Source: Fonticula alba ATCC 38817 (taxonomy: Eukaryota; Protista; Nucleariida). From it: 46,232 bases of DNA. This document shows, piece by piece, positions 31,741 through 43,111 of this stretch (positions are counted from its first letter, which is position 1; each line of letters starts with the position of its first letter). The notes beneath the pieces were generated by a model. The model was not told where the DNA came from, ran no database searches, and worked only from the letters and a program-made list of their open reading frames with translations. A program made the translations under genes and the position numbers. The stretch lies in the NCBI GenBank assembly GCA_000388065.2, contig KB932201.1; one strand, written 5' to 3'.

Positions 31741-34002
31741 GGCTGCTGCTGCGGCTGCTGCTGCTGCTGCAGGTGGTGGTGGGGGTGATGATGGCCCGGA
31801 CCCCCGGCGGGTGCCGGATGCTGGTAATGCTCGAACATGTCCCGGCCACGGCCGCCCACGGGGGGGCTGATGCCGGCGCCGACCGGGCCGCCGGCGGATG
31901 CCCGCCAGGGCGCGCCGCTGTCGTCGGCCGGCGCGGCCCCGGTCGGCTGCTGGTCCAGGTCCATGAGCGAGCCGGTGGGCGACGCGACCGACCGCCGGCC
32001 CGAGCAGGCCGCCATGCCGGAAAGGGACGGCCAGGCCGATGCCTGGGTGGTTGCCGGGCCGTGGGCACCAGCCGCCGGCCCGGCCAGCGAGCCGAGCTCC
32101 CCCACACCGGCCCCCGAGGCCAGCAGCGGGTCGCCCGGCAGGCAGGACGGCCCGGCGCCCGCGCAGCGGTGCGGCACATCCGACGGCGAGGCCGCCGCCG
32201 GGTGGCCGCCGCACCGAGTGCACCCGGCGGTGGTGGTGGCCACCGCGCACCGGTCACAGTCGCACGCCGGCCCCGGGGCCGGCCTGGCCGGGGGGAAGCT
32301 GCTGCCGGCGGCCAGGGCCCCGCGACCGGTGGAGAGGCACCGCTCCGGGGGGTGGGCCGACCGGCGGCCGGGCGCGCGTCGGGCCCGGGCCCGGGGCCGG
32401 CCGCCGGAGCCCGCCCCATCGAGCCCATACTCCCCCCCCCCGATGGCCGACTCGGGGTCGTACTCCTCGTCATCCTCGCCCTCGGACCCGCCGCCGAAGG
32501 AGAGAGCCGGCGGCAGGGGGGCCGACCGGGTGGCGGTGCCGGCATCGTGGCCATGCAGCCCGGCGCCCGGGGCCATGCACTCGGACGACCGGAGGGCGGC
32601 CACGCGCGCCCGGCAGCCCGCGCCACCTGGCAGGCCTGCCTCCCCGGGGCCGAGCACCTGCAGCGGGTGCAGCTCGCTCGATGTCGAGGGGGTGATCATG
32701 CCGCCGTGGCTGATGGCCGCCAGGCCGGTGTTGGTGCCGGCGCCGGGAAAGCCCCCGGCCCCGGGCGGGCCGCCGGCCCCGGCGCGCTGCAGCATCGGCG
32801 ACTCGCGGAAGGACCCGACCGAGCCGGCGCTGTGCGGCCCGGAGGACCCGTCCCCGCGCATGGCCGTGTTCAGCCGCAAGCCGTGGGTGCCGCCCCGGCG
32901 CAGGCGGCCCACCCGGCGCTGGACCGATTGCCCGCCCAGCCGCGAGGTCGGGGTGGTGCTGGTGCCGAACTTGGCGCTGGCGCTGGCGCCGGCGCCGGCG
33001 CTGGCACAGCCGCCATGGCCGGCGCCGCCGGCGCCGCCGGCGCTCCCGCCCCCGGCCTTGACCACCAGCGGGCAGGCTGAGGCCGAGCCCCCGAGGCCCG
33101 GGGCCGTGGCGGCCGCCGGGGCGGCGCCGGTCGATGTGGCGGCCAGGGCGGCCGCCTTGGCCGCCGCCTTGGCCGCCGCCATGGCCGCCGCCATCACCAC
33201 CGACGAGTGGGCCGCCCCGTGCAGGGGGCCGCGCGCCATGCCGGGGGTCAGCGGCCGGCCGGCCGGCGGCTTGCCCAGGTCCCCGATGGCCGCGGCCCCG
33301 GCCGCGAAGGAACACCGGACGAAGCTCTCCTCAATCTGGGCCTGGGTCAGCTGCGGGTCATGCAGGCTGGTGAAGAATTCCGCCGAGAGCGAGCGCTCCA
33401 GGGACCGCGGCGGCTCCGGGCCGCGGCCCGGCGGCTGCGCATGCTGCTGGCGCTCGAGCGACAGGTCGGCCTCCTCCGGGCAGGCGGCATGCGGGTCCCG
33501 GGGCCAGGGGTCCGGCTCGTCGCCCGGCCCCCCCGGCACGCCCGCCACCGGGACATAGGTGGCCAAGCGGCCATCGGCCCGGGGCCCGGCAATGGCCGTC
33601 GAGGAGGCCGCCGAGCAGCCGGACGACGAGCACGACGACGAGGAGGGCAGCGAGTCGGTCGACGCCAAGCACAGCCCCTGGCAGGGGGGGATGGCGCCGG
33701 CCGCGCGGCCGGGCTCGCCGCCCTGGCAGCAGGTCGCCATGCCGGCTCCGGGGGGCTGCGACCCCGGGCCGGAAGGGTGCTGGTACCCGGCCCCGGGGCC
33801 GGGCCGGGCCCGGGAGCCCGAGCTCCCGGGCGTCGGGTGCCCGCTTTCCGGCATGGTGCTGTCGCTGCCGGGCGAGTCGGCCCCGCGCCCGAGGAGCCCT
33901 TCCTCATGGGGGGGATGGTGGTGTGGCCCCCGTCCGGGCGCCGGCCCGAAGGCGCTGTCACCATCGGCATCGACGCCGGGCGCCGGCGGCTGCTGCTTCA
34001 GT

Positions 34003-34034
<32 letters not shown>

Positions 34035-34880
34035 CTGGTGCTGCGCCTGCGGGGAGTGCTCCGGCGTGCCGGCCAGCAGCGCCGCCAGGTCCGACAGCAG
34101 CCGGGACTTCAGGTCCCCGAGGACATTGTCAAACACCAGGGCGGTGCTCATGTTCTGGGTCAGGTCCGAGAGGAAGGGCCCGGAGGGCCGAGCCGGGTCC
34201 GGCTCCTCGGCCATGTTGCACAGGGCCGCGGCCGACAGGATGTCCAGCTGCGAGGTGATGGCGCTGACGCTGTCCGGGCACTTGTGCCGGGCGGTGGCGT
34301 GCGCCGCCAGGAGCGTGCAGAAGATGGACATGAACTCTGCGCGTGCACATGCGCGCCAGCCGCCGGCGGAGGACGCCGGGGGGCCGGCCAATCGGGACGC
34401 AGGTCAGACCACGGCACCAGGGGAAGAAGAAAAAAAAACATGTCAAAGACCCGGCGCAGAGCGAGGCACACGGGCCGCATGGGCCCCGGCCGGAAAGGCC
34501 CGCGGCCCGGCAAGACGGCGAGGCCCCGCGACCGGGATGTGTGGCGAGGGCGGGGGGGGGGGGGGGCGGCGCGAGCGCGCGGCCTTTCACGCACCAGCCC
34601 ATTGTTGCGAGGAGGACGAGCTCAGGGCCTTGGTGATGGGTGGCGGCTGGCCCTGGCGCTCCAGCTCCTCTTGAATGCGCATGGAGGCCGACTTCTCGGC
34701 CACGCGCTGGTCGCGGCCCATGGAGGCCGATGACAGGGGCGCCTGCACGGTGGACCAGAGCCCGGAGTGCGAGGACTCCGGCCCGATGTCCGGCTCGACG
34801 TCGCGAATGGTGTTGGAGATGGCCGGGCGGCCATTCATCATGGGCCCGGCGCCGGCCGGCGCCGGCGGTTGCGGATACAT
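29903..34880 (-). CDS. Large low-complexity protein with helical islands; possibly the N-terminal part of the cyclin gene
   Basis: Exon 34880-34595 (MYPQPP..), intron 34594-34337 (GTGCGT..GCAG, phase 1), then a frame open to 29691. Helical blocks include EFMSIFCTLL..LLSDLAALL and FAGPLAELFDRVALGSPIIVLALFIF. Candidate GTGCGT donor at 29902. Confidence 0.65.
30933..31498. repeat. 278-bp direct duplicate flanking a 10-N gap (31211-31220); probable contig-overlap artefact
   Basis: 30933..31210 is identical to 31221..31498. 278+10 = 288 nt keeps the frame and adds 96 codons. Confidence 0.9.
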
Positions 34881-35609
34881 GTCGCCCGTCAAGGCAAGGC
34901 CCGGCCGCGAGGGCAGAGGCAGGAGGCCCGCACAGGGCGGCGCTATGTGGCGGCGGCGGCGCGGGGCGAAGGGGGCAAGGGGCCCGGGCGGGGTGAGCAG
35001 CGAGGTCCGCCTGCGAAGGGCGGGCCGCGAGGGACGCGTCGCGGGAGGGCGCAAGCGCTGCGGGCGATCCGAGGCGCGGCGAACCGGACACGGGCCGAGT
35101 CGTGCCACCACACGGGGGGGGGGCCAGCTCCAGGCAGACCGGGGCTCGCAGGACGCCGCACAGGACCGCGGAAAAGCCCGAGGGACGACGCGCCCGGCAG
35201 GCAGCAGCGGGCTCGCACCAGGGGAGTCACAGAGGGGGCGACTCTCGCGGGCTGTGGCAGATGCACCGAGCGCACAGGCGAACGCGACACAGGAGGAAGG
35301 CGAGGCGATGCGCGGGTCGCCGTGTGGGCGAGGGGGCGGCGAGGGCGTTGAGTGCGCGCGCGCGCGCGTTGCAAAAAGAGCAAGGAGGGGTCAGAAAGGG
35401 GAGGGGGGGAGGGGAGAGGGGGGGGGGGGGCGGGCGAGTGAACTGGCGCCCAGGCCCGACCCCACCCCGGGACCGGGGTCCTCTTTTGCTTGTGCCGTGG
35501 GCACGCGCGGGCCCCGGAGCCGGATTCGACCGGTGCCGGGCGCATGCCCATGCGCGTGCCTCCTTGCGATCTGAATGCCTCCCCAGGGCCGGAGGCCACA
35601 CGGCGGGCG

Positions 35610-35640
<31 letters not shown>

Positions 35641-38486
35641 TGCTCTCGCAGAGCCCCCACACGCGTCCCGTGTGCAGCTCGGCCGGATGTTTTCCCGGGC
35701 CCGGCCCCGGAAGCTGCCCCGTGTTGGGCAAATCCCCTGGCGTCCGGGGGCGGCCGCCAGCCCCCGGGAGGAGCATCGTCGCCGCCGTAGCTGCCGCCGC
35801 CGCCGCCGCCGCTGCTGCTGCTGCTGCCGTTGGCCACCGCCCCGTAGCAGGCGCGCGTGCTCCCTTCCCCCGGGTGGTGTGCCGCCGGGGTCCGATGGCT
35901 GTTGGTTGTCGGGAGCCCGGCTCGGGCCCGGGGGTGCATGCGGCCCGGGCGGGATCGAGCCGGGCGGCCCGGGGCCCGGGCAACATGGCCGCGCCCCCTT
36001 CCCCCCGCCCGGTCGCCAGGTCTCTGCAGCGGACACCGGCGGTGGCGGGGGGGGGGGTGTTCAAAAAAAAAGAAGAAAGATTGCGGGGCATGAACCCGCC
36101 AACGATCGTGGGCGGTGCACACTGCGCACCACCAATGCCCCTCGCTACAGAGCACTTCCCGTGGGTCCGGGAGCGCCGCGGGCCACAAGTGAGCCGGCCG
36201 CAACCCATCGGCCCTGGCGTCCGGGCATGTATGCACCGATGGCTGTGTGTGTGTGTGAGAGAGAGAAAGGCCCCCTGCTCGGGCACACTGCCAGCCCGTC
36301 GGACTCGGGCTTGAGGGTGTGAGCAAAAATTCCCCAAAGATTGCCGAATATAAATCGATCGAGTTCGCCGGGGGGGGGGGAGGGGGGGACCGAAACAGTG
36401 AAGCATCCGCGACAGGAGCAATCCAGCCGCTGGTCAATTGCCGCTGCCGGGAACAAGGGCCCCCCCCCCCATCCCTGGGCCCGGTGCAGAGCACAGGCAT
36501 CCCCATCCACGCACCTGCACATGCAGCACATACACACGCAACATGGCCCACCTTGAACCGGGGCCTTCCAGACGAATACCGCGGACGGAGAAGCACACTG
36601 GCACCGGATCTCCGCGGGGGGAGGGGGGGGGGGGGGGGCGGCTGCGCGCGGTGTGGGCAAAAGGGCCCGAGCTCGGACCGGCCCGATGGCAGGACGTCCC
36701 CGAGGAACGCATGGGCCAGCGCGCAACCCTCGGTTGCCGGCGCCGGGGCGATGGTGCCCCCTTCCCCCCGTCCGAGTCGGGAGGCGAGGAGCGAAACACC
36801 GCCGCAACACCCGGCACGTACCCTCCCGTGAGCCGGGCAGCAGCAGCACAGGAGTCCGGCTGGGTGGCCAACATGCCCGGGGTCGGGGCGACGGGGGGGG
36901 TGGGGGGGGGGGGCGGGATGGCAGCGGCAGCCGGCCGGCTGGCATGCTGCTAGGCGGTTAAAGGCCACCCCAGGCGCGGGGGCGGATGTGGGGCTGCGCT
37001 TTGCACGACCGCCCAGGCCGGCCGTGCGGGAGCCGTGCCAGAGGGCCGCCGGCCGCCGGCTCCAGCGCGCCTGGCAACTCTGTGTGGAGCTTGCCAATCG
37101 GACCACCCGGGGTATGGCAGACCCCGGGCGCGCGCGGGCATGCCCGCCCGTGCATGGGCATGCACGCGGCCATGCGCCGGAAGTCGCCACATCCGGCCTT
37201 GCACGCAAGCCGCCTCCCCGCTTGGCTTCCGCCCCGCATGCCCACCCCCAATAGGGTTGGGCGCGGGGGCAGGGGGCGAAGGGGGGCACAGACCCTGTGC
37301 AGCGGACGAATGGGCCAGCGGCGGGCAGGGGGCGGGGGGGCGCGGGGGCCTCTTATGAGTTCGGACGCACAAACGAAGTCGAAAGTCAGCGAGACAAAGC
37401 GAGCGAGAGCGCGCGCGCGCGCGCGCGCGCGCAGGCGAGCGAGCGAGGGGAGGAGGAGCGTGCGCACGTGGGTCCGCACCATGCTGGGGGAAACACGACT
37501 CCGGGATCGTGCCCCTGGCTCAAACTAGAGTGCTCCTGGCCGGGCCGAAGGCCAGGCCACCCATCGAAACCCGGGGCGCGGGCTGTGGCTGAAAGGGGGG
37601 GGGGGGGCGGGGAGGCGTGTTCAGCTGGCAGTGGCCAGCCCAGGCGCGCGAAAGCCGCCAACCCCCGGGGTGTTGCATGCAGGCTTACCAGGTCTGCATG
37701 TGCGCGCGTGCCGCTCCGAGAGAAGGGCACTCTCGTGCACGGGCACGAACACTCGGGCCCACAACGCCGGAGGGGAGGCCGGCCTCACTTTGCGCCAACG
37801 CGGCCCACTCGCGCCCAGCGGGCGGCACACACACACACACACACGCACGCCTCTTTACGGTCCTCTCGCACCCCCGGGTGCGGAGGGGCGAAGGGCCGAG
37901 ACGCCACGCCAGCCGAGAGCGCGCCCGCTATTCGGCCGCGGTGGCCCTGGCCCCGTGTGATCGGAGCAACACGAAGTCCCCTCGCCCCTGCCGCCCCGCC
38001 CCTGCCCCACGGCCCGGCAGCGGTGTGGTGTGGTGCGCCCCCCCCCCCCCCCCCCCCCCTGGGGCACAGCGGCAGGGGAGGGAAATAGAATAATGTGGCC
38101 GAAGCCCCCGCCCCCCACCCCGCACACGCACGGGTAAACACCGCAGCGCCTGGGCCATCCCCGGCGTCGACGGCTGCTGGAACGTCCCCGGGCCCCGGGT
38201 GCGGCTGGCGCGCACGCCCCCGCCCCCCGGCAAGTCGTGCTCATCCTATCTGCCTCCTGCTGGGGATGCCTGCACAATGAGCCAGCATCCCGTGCGCAGG
38301 GACCAGCGCATGCACACTCCCCCTTGTGGACGGCACTCGCCGAACGGTTATTCTCGCCATACCCCGGGTGCCGGAGGGGGAAGGGGGGCCGTCATCCTGT
38401 TCCCGGCCCCCCACGCGCCCCGGGTTGCTGGTACGCCTCCGCGATGCCGGGAGGTTTGGTTGGTGTTCCCGGTCCCGGCTGGGGGC

Positions 38487-38517
<31 letters not shown>

Positions 38518-40135
38518 GCTCCCCCGCCCAACCAGCCATTCCGAGCCTGGCGATGCGCCCGGGTCCTTCGCAAGCACGCGTGCGTACTCTCCGCCCGTGC
38601 GATGGGGACACCTATCGCGGGGCGGCCAGGACCGAGCACAGTGCGGCAAAGGGTTTGATTCATGCCTTCTTTTTGGCGCAGGCCCGAGGTTCCGACGGGG
38701 TCGCCGCCCGGAGGGCGCCCACGCCCCCCCCCCCCCCTCTCCTGCACCAGCGGCCAGTCAAGACGGAGGAACAGAGCCCGACGCCCAAGGCCCAGCCGGG
38801 TGGCACACACTGGGGGCACAAGGAAATACCCGCACACGCGGTGGGGCCTCAGCGTCGAGTGTATTTGGGGGAGCCTTTCTTCTTTCGTTGTTGTTTTTTT
38901 TTTTTCGGCCGCACCCATGGACCACGTCCAGGTACGCCCCTCTTCGAAGAAGCGCGGCGAAGAGGAGCCCCAAGCATGTCGCCCGGCCCAGGGGGCCAGC
39001 CGCCGAAGCTGGTCTTTCCCTCGTGCCCAGCACGGCGCCTGGCCCGGACCTGCCCGCCCCCGGGCCCCGCCCACCTGTCCTAACCCAATGGGGACCTGTC
39101 ACCACGACAACCCACCTGCGACGGGGGGCAGTGCGGGGGGCGGGGAAAAGGGGAACAGGCGAAAGAAAACGAGAGCGAGAGAGAAAGAGAGAGAGAGAGA
39201 GGGAGGCAGGAGACGGGATGGGGGGACAGACCGGGAGAGTGGGGGCAATGCCGTTGGCGCGAGCGGGGGGGGGGGGCGGGGGACGGGGGGCAGGGGCGGA
39301 GAAATCCGCCAAAAAATCCCGCGGGGCAGCGCCCTTGGCATTGTGGGCTGGGCGCCGCCGCACGTGCAATTGTGGGCAATACATCTCTCCACAGTGGGGC
39401 GCTTTCTGCAGGGACAATTTCACCTGGCCCAACAATCGGCAGTTGCCCGATGGTCCCCTCGCACACACATACACACGCCCACGGGCAAGCGCGCACAGGC
39501 GGCAGAGAGACCCGAACGGGGCGCGACGCGGCGGCAATACAAAACGAGCGCCGCTTCGCCAGGGCCGATCCGGCGGTTCGACACACGGGGGCTTCTCGGG
39601 AAGAAGAGCTGGCCCCCGCCCCTGGGGCAGCCGGTCCTCCGATGCACGTCGCCCGGCGCGGTGTGGCCACAGTGCCCACAGCCAGCCTCGCGCCCGACCG
39701 GAGGCTACAACCAGGCGCGGGCGGACACCAATCGCGGGGCCACCCCTGAGAGATCGGTTCTGACTTGAATGGGGGAGGAGGAGGAGGAGGGGGGAGCGGG
39801 GGTGCGGCAGATCCGTCGATTCATTTGTGGTTTCAAATGTGTTGGTCGGCTCGAGGGCGAGCGAACGGGAGAGGCAGGGGGGGGGGGGGGGGGGAACCGG
39901 GTGCAATGCAGGGTCCGGCCGCCAATGACAAAGCCAAGGTCCCGCGACCGGCGTCGGGCGCCTTGGAGGCGGCTCCCGAGGAGGATGATGCCCAGCTGGA
40001 CATCCCCCTCTCTGTCTCTCTCAGCGGGACGCCTGTCTCGAGCGCATCCACTGGAGTCGAAAGTGCGAGCAGCCACCAGGAGGGAAAAGGGAGAACGCCC
40101 CGAATCCCACCCATGGGCGAGGGGGAAGGCGTCAG

Positions 40136-41271
40136 TCACGACCGCGTGCCACCAGCGAGTACCTGCAACAGTGGGGCCAAGAAAGTCCGGCCAAGGCACA
40201 AGAGCGCGAAGGAGGGGGAGCGGAAAGGCAGAGGGGCAGGGGACAAAGATTGCCCCGGCGCACGGAGGACGCCGAGCTCGTGAAGGAGACCCGAGCAGCA
40301 GGAGGGCATGACGCACCGCTTCATAGCTCGGGCGGCTGACCACAAGGAGTTGCCGTGCGGGGTCGCAGAAGATCGGCCGTGGGAAGCGCCGGAGCATTTG
40401 ATGGAGTTCGCGCTCGGACTTGAAGTCGGTGATGAGCACGACTTCGCGTGTGGATGACCGGGGTCAATAGATGCACATGGTGGCGAGCAGGCACGCACGG
40501 GATGCCGAGACAAAGCCAAAGCAAGGCGGGGGAAGGCAGACCCAGGCGAGATAGACTGCGAGTAGGTACCATCCTCGGTGGAGATCCGCTCCATTTCGGC
40601 GGCCCAGAGGCTGATTTGAATCAGCACTGTTGGTGGCACGCGGTGTGTCTGGTGGAGGCAAGTGGCCGCAATGTCAGCACCCGGGACAACGGCGGGGAGG
40701 AACGGAAGAAAGAGAGAGGGGGCGAGGCGGGGGGCGAGGCGGGGGGCGAGGAGGAAGGAGAGGGGGTGGCCACGCGCACATGCGCGTGTGTATTTCATAA
40801 ATACGTACCCGGCCGAGTGTGGATGAATGAGAGTAGTTGAACAGGAATTTAATGATCTGGCGCATTTGAGGAAGGGGGGGGGGGGAACGTTGCAGACAGG
40901 GGTGAGTGTGGGCACAGGCCAAGAAAGAGGCACAAAAGGCGAAAAGCCTCAGACCCGCACATCGGCACTGGTGATACCCATCTCCACCGCACGGAGGATT
41001 GAACCGCGGGAGATGACCCCGACAAAGAGATCGGCAAAGCGCTGGATCCCGGTGCAAAAAAGCGACAGAAGAGCCACGTGCGCGGAAGAAGCTTGATGAA
41101 AATGTGCGGACACCCATGCACACAAGGAGGAGCCGCAGTTTGGCGTTAAGAGGCGGCAAAGCGTACACAACGAGGGGGGAGGCGGGGGGAGAAAGGGAGA
41201 AAGAAAGGAAGAGAGAGAGGGAAGAGAAGAGAGCGAGAGAGAAGGGAAGAGAGCGAGAGAGAAGGGAAGAG

Positions 41272-41308
<37 letters not shown>

Positions 41309-42420
41309 CAGAAGCAACACACACCGGTATAAGCGTAGACGCGGAAGTTCGACTCAACGATGACAAAGCCACTGGCAGCGGGCCAGGAAGACCCGGGGCC
41401 CAGTGAGGGACAGCCGAGCGGCGGCATACCGGGTGCCGCCTCGAGCAGAGCCGCGCACTCGGCTGCCATTTGGCCTCGTGCGTCCACATCGATTGGCCGA
41501 GTGTGGTGGTGATCCTGGAATAGAAGGCGGAGGAGTCCGGTCGCTCGGAGCCCCGGCCCGGGGGCCGGCGCCACGCACCCAACATCCGAGAGGAAGTGCA
41601 ACAAGGCCAGGGGAGCCGAGGCGCGAATGGCAGCCAGGGGATCCGGAGCCAGCAGAGTGGGCAAATGCGTGCCGCACCGGGCCGCCGGCAGGCCGGTCAC
41701 CGGAGCGGTCTTCGATCGGGCAGGTCAGTAGCTGCACGCGGCCCAAAGGGAGCGACCAGAAAGCAGAGGGGGCACCGGGAGGCGCGAGGCGCAAATGGCA
41801 GCCCAAGGGCCCGGGAGATCACGCCAGGCACAGGGGGAGGGGTAATCCACGCACTTGCTCCTCGCCCAGAAACCCCAGACCAAAGAGAATCCGCAGGCAC
41901 TCGACCACGGCACCGGGCCCGGCGCCGGCCGCCTCAACCAGGTCCAGGAAGAAGGTAACCAGGCTCAGGATTTGTGCTCGCGGCGAGAGCAGCACAAACC
42001 GGAAGCCGGCCGGTGTGGTGATGATCGCCGGATCCGCCGAGCTGGGCGACGGGCGGGCGCGGAGCCGAGCCCGTGTCTCTGTCAGTGCCGGCCGCGGGTG
42101 GACACAGATCAAGCATCATGGCTCAGGAGAACGCACCCATCGGACGGGCGGACCAGGCCGGCTTGGAGCAAAACCCCCCGGGTGAAGGGGGTTAGCAGGC
42201 GCTCGGCCAAGTGCGACGAGGCAGGGTTCAGGACGAAGGCCAGCAGGGCCTGTGAGCGCCCTCGCCGGTGGGCGGACAAACGCGGCCACAGGTGAGACAC
42301 AGAAGGGGACAGCGTGGGCCCACACATGCGGGAGCAGCCGAACGCTCGAACACCCGAGCGGCTGGCTGGCTGGCTGACCGGCCGCTGGGCAGCCGCACGC
42401 GCAAACACACAACCTGGCAT
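40136..42420 (-). CDS. TFB2: TFIIH subunit Tfb2/p52 (GTF2H4); N-terminal part not visible
   Basis: Exons (~42249)-42137, 42041-41855, 41709-41325, 41091-40961, 40856-40809, 40648-40570, 40441-40317, 40162-40136. Motifs: LLQAGL, ITTPAGFRFVLL, GFVIVESNFRVYAYT, ALLSLF..RF..GVISRGSI..GITSADII, PPTVLIQISLW..E..R, LITDFKS. Confidence 0.9.
41200..41303. repeat. (GA)n/(TC)n-rich tract in a TFB2 intron
   Basis: GA-dinucleotide and AAGGGAAGAGAGCGAGAGAG units. Similar tracts at 5171-5190, 5520-5547, 35614-35641, 43031-43110. Confidence 0.9.
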
Positions 42421-42431
42421 GTGCGGCGGGG

Positions 42432-42447
42432 NNNNNNNNNNNNNNNN
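42432..42447. other. Assembly gap (16 N) between the PP2A-A 3' end and the TFB2 5' end
   Basis: N-run; the true size may be larger. Confidence 0.95.
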
Positions 42448-42524
42448 GGAGGGGGGAGGGGAAGCGGCAGCCAGACATGCCCTCCTGTGGCTTGGGGGGG
42501 GGGGGGGGACGCGCGCGCGCCTCC

Positions 42525-43028
42525 TTAGAAGGGGGGGGGGGTCTTTTGGGTGAAGAACTGCACGTCGTTGTCGGCGTCGTTGGCCATCTCGTTGAGCAGG
42601 GCGCGGACCTGGTCCAACGGGCCGTGCTGCGCCTCGGCGCGCACCTCGGCCGGCAGGCTGCTGACCAGGATCCCGAGAGACTGAACGGCGTTGAAGCGAA
42701 TGTTCGGCACCACATCCGAGCACAGGTCCACCACCACCGGCAGGATGGTGGAGAGGGTGATCTCCGCGCCGACCAGCGGGGCCAGGACATTGATGGCGGA
42801 CAGGGCAGTCATCCGGTACAGGTAGTTGGTGTGAGTGCCCAGGCTCAGCACCTCGGGGAGGATGGTGCGAATGGCCCAGTCCACGCCGAAGACCCGGGTC
42901 AGCTCGCCGAAGTTGACCGTGGCCACCTGGCGAATGGCGTAAACGGGGTCGCCGAGCCAGGCCAGGCAGAAATGACAGAGGTTCTCGTTGAAGTACTCGA
43001 CACCCTGAAGGCAAGGGGAGAGGGGGCG

Positions 43029-43111
<83 letters not shown>

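Noticed and set aside
29805-33080. 1091-aa plus-strand ORF antisense to the large minus-strand gene
   Set aside because: Shadow frame; the poly-Leu stretches are simply the reverse complement of CAG runs.
39705-40130. Continuation of the TFB2 frame (and an overlapping plus-strand ORF) past 40136
   Set aside because: A GTGCGT donor at 40316 and CAG acceptor at 40163 give a stop at 40136 where p52 homology ends; no motif support for the extension.
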